DNA of 64,000 bases from Octopus vulgaris (taxonomy: Eukaryota): assembly GCA_951406725.2 (NCBI GenBank), contig OX597818.1:8618001-8682000 (forward strand), read 5' to 3'. This document shows, one piece after another, positions 54,655 through 64,000 of the stretch. Position 1 is the first letter of the stretch, and each line of letters begins with the position of its first letter. Below the pieces are notes generated by a model, which was not told the DNA's origin, did no database searches, and saw nothing but the letters and a program-made list of their open reading frames with translations. A program made the translations under genes and the position numbers.

Positions 54655-56197
54655 GTTTTTATATGTACACACAATACAGAGAGAAACGTGTCATTTCTAT
54701 ACGTTGATACGCATAGTAGCATCAAATTATGTATAGCTTTTGTGTAGCAACTCAATGGCATAACTATGAAGAATCAGTTCACACACTTTTATAATTAATA
54801 TAATAATTCAGAATAAAACAACATTCTGTATTTCTAAAACATCAATCAAAAATATTCTATAGAAAATCCATTGATGTCCAAAAAAGTACATCGTTTATTG
54901 AAATTAGCGTGTTCTTTTTTATTCAATTGCCTCAATTGCAAAGTAAATAACTTGGTAATCTTTTACTACAGAAATTTAAAAAAAAAACAAAACTCAGAGC
55001 AGCGAAACAGAAAAGAAAAAAAGCAAACAGTAAATAAAATGCTTGTGATAATTTGGTGATTTAAAAAAAAATTCCTCTTTTCCTCTTTTCTTTTCAATAG
55101 AAGACATGGTAAAGCAAACTCAAGATCTTTTTGAAGGAAGGTGTTTAGCAAAAGAAGTCTTTAGTTAGATTATTCAAGCATTCGGTTAGTAATATATTGG
55201 CAAACACACACACAAAAGCGTGCATATACACATACATATGAACATATGTTTGTGTGTATATGATGCACACTCTCGAATACACACACGTGCGCAAACACGC
55301 AATAAACACACATATGTATAATGTGAGTTTTGTATATGTGTGTACGTCAGTTTGTTTTCATTGACAGCATGAATCAACGTTTTGCTTTTGAAAAATACCC
55401 GGATATTCTTTATATTGGTCTTGTCATTGAATGTTTTAATTAGTCAAATCCAGTGTGTTACTGTCAGAACTCGCACCCGCATAACTTTAACTCTATTCTC
55501 TGAAATAAACACATATATATGCTTCTGTGCTTTAACATTTCTCCGCATATACAGTCATACCAGATGCGTGTAGCGCGTGTATACACAAACACACACACAC
55601 ACACACACACTCACACACATATATATCAAGTCTGATCTTCATACCTATACTATATTTACTGCACGTGCCTTCTTTCGCACAAGCAAAATGATATGCGCAC
55701 GTGTGTTTATGCACACTGTCGCATATGCACTTCACACAAAAGAAACAGGTTCACATTTACAAATATAAAAAAAGAAGAGAAAATGTTCAAGTGACACACA
55801 AATATCATAAGCAACATTTTTACAATGGAATAGAAACTCAAATGTCATGCAAGAAGACATACTGTGAGAAATTGAGAACTGAGTAGGAAAGAAAATTAGT
55901 TTCATGACGCATATCTAAATGAAATCAATAACACTGAATAGAACTTGCAAAGGAATCTCGAATAGACGAGTTGCTCGTTAATCTAAATTTGAAATAGAAA
56001 AAAGTGAATCTATTTCAGGTGTTTTATTTTGTCTTTCAGAAGAATACAAAATGATTCAGCTGGCTTTCAATAATAGAAAGCATAGCACCTGGAAAATTAC
56101 AATTTGGATCCAATAATGAATGTTATTGCGAAACGAAATTCATAATGACACAGACATGCTTGGAGTTTCAGTTCGTGTGAATGTAATCTGAGATGAT

Positions 56198-56236
<39 letters not shown>

Positions 56237-59200
56237 GAAAAAATAACAAGAAAAAACAGAAAAATAGAAGTCTCGTTATGTTCAGATACTTCCCACCTTA
56301 ATATAACATACTCGCAAAAAATATTAGATTAACTGTTTCATCATTTCATCACAAATATGCTTGTGGGCACATACCTACTACCTTAGTTCTGTATCGTCGC
56401 AGGCCTGGAACTAAAATTCACAACAGACATTATGAAATCTAAACAGATAAACTGTACCTGTTTTCATGTGTGGACCTAATAGATTGTGAGATTTAAATCT
56501 CCACGTGGTCATGGTTTGTCTTTTGTGTAATCCACCTATATCCAAGCAATCGGATATTTCCCTATTATGGCTTTGCAATAAGTAGAATATCTATACACTG
56601 TATTTGACTGATGCAGTCTCTACATCGTCATATTTCCTCTACATTTCTCCGCATTAGTCTTTCAGACTTTTAAATATTTCCAGGATGTGTTATTTCTGAT
56701 GTGACTTTGCAATATAAAAATAATATCAACGCAGCTTTCTTTTTATTCCAGAGCTTCTCTTATATCAACAACTCTTAGAATTGGTACAAATCTGATACTT
56801 CTTTCTCACTTTACTCTTACCCGAGTATAAATTGTTGGTCGTGTCTAAAGCAATTTGGTAGTTGTTTTGTTGTTACCTAGGTTACGTCTACTCTAGGTTG
56901 TGAGGCTAAAAATATTATTTGGATAAATTATTCTGGCTATTCCCAAACTCATTCCCAAACTTCATGTTATGGGCTGCAGTGTGGCAATCAATATATGTCG
57001 CATTTTCTCCAATACCTGATCAATTACTCAATGCCTGTATATTTTGAAGATAAAGTACTGTCAAAGTGGATAATTGACTTAGATCAAATACCATCGTTGT
57101 CCTTGACAAACTTTTCCACATTCTTTAGCAGCATGCTTAAGAGCATAACGTATGCATTCTTCGACAATATAGTTCTCAATATGAATTGTGGCCTCTTTGA
57201 TTGTGCGTATGTGCTTCTGTGTGTTTGTAACAAAGTCAGGAAGAAGCAAAATATGGGATATTAATGAATCCACCATCACCACCAACAAGAAAAATAATTC
57301 CATCTCCACCACCACCACCAATAGCAAGAGTATCAATAGATCCATCATCCCCACCACTAACGACCACAATCATAGCAGCGGCAGAATCATTTCGAAACAT
57401 AATGAGGCAATATTTTACGCAAAAATTATCGACGTACCGTCGACAGGGATCTAGGGGTGGCAGTATAAGCCATTCCCAGTAAAATCAAACTAGCGAGTAA
57501 TGCCGCATGTTAATAAAGATGGAATTTGCAAGAAAACACAAACTTACAGAAGCGGTAATAGCAAAACAGGAAAAATAGAGAATCCAGCTGCTGCGCAGGC
57601 AGGTGAATGCCGGAAAGATGTCGACGTTGTGATACAGCATATGAAAAACCAATAAAAATTCTTATTCCGATGTGCTACTTAGAAAAGAATATTTTAATTC
57701 CCTCCAACTGAATAAATGAGCAAATAAAGTAATCATTTCCAGCATGTCACCAAATTCAATATACCGTATTTTGGGAAGATACCAGAGGAATTTGATATTC
57801 TCACCATGATACTGAACTCATAAGAGAGTTGGTCTATAATCAAGGTGGTGGTGTAAATGCTGCTCAGAGTAAAAGATTTCCACAAAATCTTTTACCCCAT
57901 TTATTTGAAGACAAGTAGACCATAACAGTTGCAGTAGATGGCAGAAAGCCTAAAAGTTATGTCTGAAGGAATACTTTCCATGAAAAGTTCTTTGTCCTCG
58001 GTTAAACAAAGAACATCTCTCTTGCCAACACCACAACCACATCAACACTATAAACAGCAAAACAATGTAGAAAAGAGAACACCTGTGTCAAAGATAAGAT
58101 GGAGAAAATGCTTCCTGCTCTCACAGCAGAGCAAGTTTTTTCCGATCTCTCTACTTCCCTAGACAAAATCAAGAACAAAGAAACAAACATTACCACAAGT
58201 TTCTGCCAGATTTCACCATCTCCCACCGATTTATTCATCATTGTGGTAGTCGTGGTGATGTGTTGACGGTGATGGTAATTGTGATACTTTGTTTTTGGCT
58301 TTGATAGTAGGATACAATTTCAGTGTGGTCTTTTATTTCCATAAAGGTGAACATACCATCAAAGAAACAAACATTCGCACTGGATCTTCCGGATGAAAAT
58401 GACAAAGCGTAAGAAGCAGATGATTACATTGGAATAAAATGTAACGGACTTGGGCTCTATCTGAAACACATCAAGCAAAAGTATAGAAACATTTTCATTG
58501 GCTTCTATTGATGGTGTGTTGTTAGTGTTGATAGAATAGTGGCTATAATGATCCTACTATACAGATATTATGATTAGGAAACCTCAGTATAGGATCAGAA
58601 GCATTCTAGTCCATAATGCAACATACATGGTTCAGCTGTATTGAAATTTAAACCTGTTGTACATTATTCAAAGCATTCCTATTTTCAAAACAGCGGTGCG
58701 TCGTTTGGAAGAGATTTGACTGCGGTTTTAGTAAATTGAAGACCACTCTCAGGCTTCTTTATTGGTACGTTTGCTGATTTATTCATCGTGTTGTCGGTGA
58801 TTGAGATGATAAAAGTAGAAATAGTATTTTTATGTTGGTGTGGTGGACAGGAAGATGGCAGGAATCGAGTTTATATTTTATCATTAATCTTTTAAAACAA
58901 AAATATCATTTATCATTTACAGTTCATCAGAAAATCTTATTTCCTGTTTATCTTACTAGATAAATTCTATTTATTATTTTTCGACAGATAAATGTTAATT
59001 TATTGCTCAAGGAATACAATTTCTCTTTTATTATAGTAAGTAAACATTGTTTACCATATTTTACGAGTGGCATAAAGTTTGCGGTAGACTTGATTCAATC
59101 TAATCGTGTAACACAGAATTGATTCACGTGAAGGTTAAACTTTATTTATTTATTTAATAGAAAGGAGCTGTTTCTATGACTTTTGTATTCTCTGTAGATT

Positions 59201-60425
59201 GGTTACATCGGTGCAGTGGCTATTTTAACCACTTAGAAGTTGACTACGGAAGGAAAACTTATGCAAGCAAGGCATTCCAAAGATGGGTTATACTGGAAAA
59301 TAATGATTTCTTTATGTGTGTGGGTGTTTGTGTGTTTGTGAGAATGTATTCGAATATTTGCGTATGCGTGCACATCTGAATGTGTGGATATTGTTAGATC
59401 GTTCAAGAGTATATAAACATCAAAAATCAGCCGATCACATGCTACCGACTTAAATAAGTGAGTGCGAACAATGATGTGATCGATATACAGAAACACAGGA
59501 TGGTGAAGTAAGTCTGGGTTTCTTTAATCGTATGACTGCATGATGATGAATAACCTTAGGCTAAACAACAGCAACAACTTGTCTGGCTTACTACAATCTT
59601 CATTGCTATGAGATGTGTAAAAGGAAATCAAATCCTGCGACTTGTCTGGTGTTCATAGTATGAATGGCTGGGATGAAATGATGAAATATTATTTTTTTTT
59701 GTTTTGAGAAGCGTAATAAGGTTTTGAAAAATCATATTTTATTTGAATTTCTACTGAACTATTTAAAACACATATATATGGTTATCAGGGTTTGCAACGT
59801 CACATTCTTTGTTAAATATAAATAGAAACAATTTAGAACGATCGACAAAACACCAATGAAACTGAATGGGGGGTTCCTAGTTACTCTATTTCCAAAGTGT
59901 AAGAAAGTGTAAGAAAAGTAGAGATGAACCGGGTGGTCATTGGATATGCAAGTATTCAACTCAACACACCAAAAGCTGCTCTAATCGTGGTAGAAGGTTA
60001 AGACTGGGAAGACTGTGCGGTGGAGAATGGAATGGTTTTGGTAAATGAATGCTTGCTAGATAACTTGACACCAGCTTGTCTTTGAATATGGGTCAATATT
60101 ATATAATGTAATTATGTGTTTCACTACATATTTCAAAAGAGCCTGGACATATTCTAATTTAGCAAACGTCCATGCCAAAACACTCAATAACATAAAAGTT
60201 CATTTCTCCCCGTTAAATATATGAATTGCTTTTAATATCCGAGGTAACAAATGTTTTCAAAAAATTATGAAATAAAAAACAACTCCCATATTGGATATGT
60301 AAATTACTGTGAGGTTGATTCTCACCTAGCAGTAGTATGATAAAACGAGATCCCGCTGTGGGATACACACACACACACACACACATATATATATTCATAC
60401 ATACATACATAGCCAGAGAAAAATG

Positions 60426-61195
60426 GATGCACATATCGTTAGCCACTAAGGAACATGCTGAACTGGCTAAGGTCAAGTAACTCAACTGACAAGCATTTCT
60501 GTGGTATGGAACAGAATATTTGTTGTAGCACATCTTTTATACCAAGACGAAACAATATATATATGATAACACTTTCAATCATTTGAGATCAAAAGGCACG
60601 AGAGCCACTACCTGATACTGCATCAGGGTATTTATTATTATTATTATTATTATTGAGTGAGAGAGCAGTGCATGCCATCAAAATGACACCGGGATACAGA
60701 TATACGAATCCCAATATACTCGTCATGACCAACCGTCTGATAAGGGTATACCATTACAACCATATGCACGCGACATGGTGATCTCATATCAGATTAAACT
60801 GCATATGACCTTGCAGGTGGGGCCCACTTAGAATTTTCTTCTGGCCGAGTAGCCCATCCCGCTCAAAATGTACTGAATAAGGTTCGTTTTACGGATGATG
60901 GACAAAACACACATATTATTTAAACCCCAAAGATTCCCCCTGAACATATAGCTACGATGCTCTCGCAGCACTTCAGCTTGTGATCAGAGATGCACATTAT
61001 CCTCAGCCGTAAAGGGACTTGCTCAACTGGTTTATGATAAACAATTGACGAGCAAATCTGCGGTGTTGATTAGAATATTTTCTGTATCCCCTTTTTTATA
61101 CCAGGATAAAGCAATGTACATAATGACACATCCAATAAGTTAAGATCAAATGCCATGAGAGCCTAGTACTGGAGCAGGCATTTCTTCTTCTTCTT

Positions 61196-61293
<98 letters not shown>

Positions 61294-61582
61294 CATCATC
61301 GTCATCATCATCATTATTATTATTGAGTGAGAGAGCAGTACATACCATCAAAGTGCCACTGGTGTTGAATATACGAAGCCCATTATACCCATCATGATAA
61401 CCCGTCTGATAAGGGTACACCAGGCACACACATCACAACCACATATGCGCGACAGAATATCATGTCAAATTAAAACAGTGCATAATCTCGCAGGTGGTGC
61501 CCAGTTAGAGTTTTCCTCAGGACCAGTTGCCATCCCACTCAAAAGGTCCCTGAATAAGGGTTGTTTAAGGATGTTGAACACG
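60426..61582 (-). mobile_element. Head-to-tail array of a ~530-bp non-autonomous retroposon inserted in (TAA)n tracts
   Basis: Units 60426-60633 (partial), 60655-61183 (complete) and 61325-61582 (partial) share GAGTGAGAGAGCAGT.CAT.CCATCAAA and TTTTATACCA.GA..AA.CAAT. They are separated only by (TTA)n/(CTT)n. Confidence 0.8.
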
Positions 61583-62479
61583 TGAAATTTGAAACCTTTA
61601 TAATCATTATGGTCATAATACTGTAAAGGTTGCGGAAACTTGGAGCTCCATAAATCGTAGAAATGTTTCCAATCTGTTTGCCCTGTTAAGTGGCCGTTCA
61701 GACTTTTTTTATTAGTACAGACTTCTTTTAACATTACTTGGAGTGCATTAGTAGTATTTTTGCTTGGAGAAACCTTGTTTCACATACAGTGCAGATCAAT
61801 AGTTTTGGATTATCTGGAAAAAGTGAATACTTTGAAATTTTCCAAATACCTTAAAACATGGCGGACAATAATTCATTCTTATGTTCGTTAGCAGGACGTG
61901 TTCCATGAACCTGAATCTTGAGTATAATGACATAGCATCGACTACAGTAAATTACGTCACTGGCATGTCCGCGAAAACGAGCGCAAATATAAAGGCTGAA
62001 GATAGTACATCTTTGCCTGTTAGCAGCTTCAGCACATTTGACTGATCAACGGATCGACAATTCCACAACAATTTCTACAATTCCAGTAACAACATCCACA
62101 ATGACAACAACCACAACGTCAACAACAATAACGATAACAAGACTGAAGAAGAAAAATTACAGAGAAAATTTTGAAAGAAACGCAAACTGCCATCGCTGCC
62201 GCCGTTGCTGTCACTGCCAATGTCGCTGCTGCCGCCACAGTCACCATAGCCATGGCAAGAGATACTGAAAAGGATATTTCTTTCGCGATGGCTAAGAATA
62301 TCTGGAAAATTCCTGTGTAAATAAAGAAGAGGTTTGACCAGAAAATTAAGATTTAACTCTCAACACTCTATCCGTGATGATGCAACAAAAGATTTTGAGA
62401 TGCACGGTTACATGCCGCTGCATCAACTCAAAATCACGCCGGATGCAAAATGCTACTGAGGGACATTAAAAAATACCTT

Positions 62480-63260
62480 TGACGCGTATGAGAAAACATG
62501 AGACACATGGGTTGAGAGAAGAATTTTGGCACGATTGAATTGTTATTTGGGACTGAAGAAGCTATTAGGTCTCTTATCCCTTTTCTTATTGAAAGGAAGA
62601 GTTCCAGTTGTTAATCGGTCAGTCTCCTGCAAGCAACGTCTGCTTGGCGTCTTATGCGCACACAAACGCTTAAGTGGAGCCACAAACAACAATTTGTGGG
62701 TGTTGAATGGTTGTGCTCTCAATATGTCAGATGCGTCTTTCCGTGGCTCAACTACTTGGTGGAACCTAAAATGTTATCAGTTGCCTAGGAGTCGAACAAC
62801 TGCTGTCGTGTATGGTTGGAGAAAGTCCATCGGCCGAGTCCTTATTGATCATTGCTCTCTGACTGCTTTTAATCATACTTTGGCACAGTGAAGGTGATAT
62901 TCCCAACTGAAGAAACAGCAACAACCTTCAAAACGAATAATCGTCTCTAATTCCAACATACCTCGGTCGGGGGTGGTTTTAAATAAAGGTCGCATAGGCA
63001 CCACTAGAAGTGGACATCTTGTTGCTTCTGCCAGCTACATTGTTCGGCATAGAAAATAAGACAATTTTCCTCAAGTGCACAAAATAAGATAGAAACTTTG
63101 GCCAGGCATGGCATTGGAATTATTGATACAGGCGGATTAGATGTGCCGAAGCCATCACTGACCTGACCAGACTCCCTTATTGCTTGTACACAAGTATTCC
63201 GAGCAGTCGAGGGCGAATGCATAGATGCGACATTTGTGGAAAGACATATCGCCTAAATAC
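62480..63260 (+). mobile_element. Possible highly decayed LINE (RTE-like) remnant
   Basis: Weak endonuclease-like 'TTWWN...IDH' and a C-terminal 'HRCDICGKTY' knuckle; no RT core seen. Confidence 0.25.
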
Positions 63261-63679
63261 TTTTCCTCCCGTGCAAATAAGAAAGCCCTCGCTGCTGCAG
63301 ACACCTGTCACACAACAATACCAGCTGCAAAAGCAACGAAGATGCAAAAGCAACAACTCAAACAACATCAGCACCAAGCGCAGCAACATCTAAAACAACA
63401 GTATCAGCAGGAAGAGGGTTGAGAGGGTGGTGCAGTCTTCCAGTATGCTTACTGAATAGTGGTGAAAGTAGAGTGGAGAGAATGGTTCGTGTAAATGAGC
63501 CTAATCTGAACATATGCTTGTAACAAGTAGGAGGTCTGGAAGAGGTTTCATGGTTAGCCTTACGTGGAATTTTATTGTTTAAATTGTGTTGCAAATTATT
63601 ATAGTTTTTGTTGTATATACATATTGCTGCACTAAACCCCACTCATCACTTTTATTGTATTCTCACTTTTTGTTAAATT

Positions 63680-64000
63680 ATTATTATTATTATGATTATT
63701 ATTATTATTATTATTATCTTTTTTTTCTTCTTTCAAATTTGCTTCCATTGCTTGCCGAGTATCTTCCCGACTCCTAGGGCAAAGAAACTCATAGTATACA
63801 TCAGTAGGCCATTAAACTAAACTCACTAGTTCGTTCATTTTTTTTTTCTTTTAAAGTTAAATTACAATACATGGGTAGTAATAGTTCTCACATCGACAGT
63901 GCTCTTCTCAATACGTGTGATGTACCAGTTAAGACAATCTTTTGCACTTCTTGCAGGGATGGTAAGCCAGGGATCATTCTCATATAATTTTCGGTTCCCT
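63680..64000 (-). mobile_element. 3' end of a Dong/R4-clade LINE, continuing beyond the window
   Basis: Minus strand 'GTENYMRMIPGLPSLQEVQKIVLTGTSHVLRRALSM*', then a 3' UTR and a (TAA)n tail at 63680-63717. Confidence 0.75.

Noticed and set aside
63184-63422. C2H2 zinc-finger gene ('HRCDICGKTY')
   Set aside because: Single half-motif without the two His ligands, no array; more likely a LINE C-terminal remnant or chance.

Overview
AT-rich, microsatellite-saturated animal genomic DNA. The SINE, LINE and Penelope repertoire looks cephalopod/Octopus-like; this is an inference from repeat families. I found no intact host gene, and almost all listed ORFs are microsatellite artefacts. The window is a transposon graveyard: CR1, Dong/R4, RTE and L1/Tx1 LINE remnants, tRNA-derived SINEs, non-autonomous Helitrons, a Tc1/mariner and several Penelope-like elements (PLEs). 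The main structure is a ~8.2-kb fold-back (10531-18715) of two divergent, 5'-truncated Naiad-type PLE copies. Each has a GIY-YIG domain, a ~2.8-kb microsatellite-like 3' region and a terminal type I hammerhead ribozyme motif, and the left arm is interrupted by a CR1 LINE. Several more intact or decayed hammerhead motifs and smaller fold-back duplications sit next to (TA)n tracts across the window. All coordinates were read by eye and element ends are approximate.
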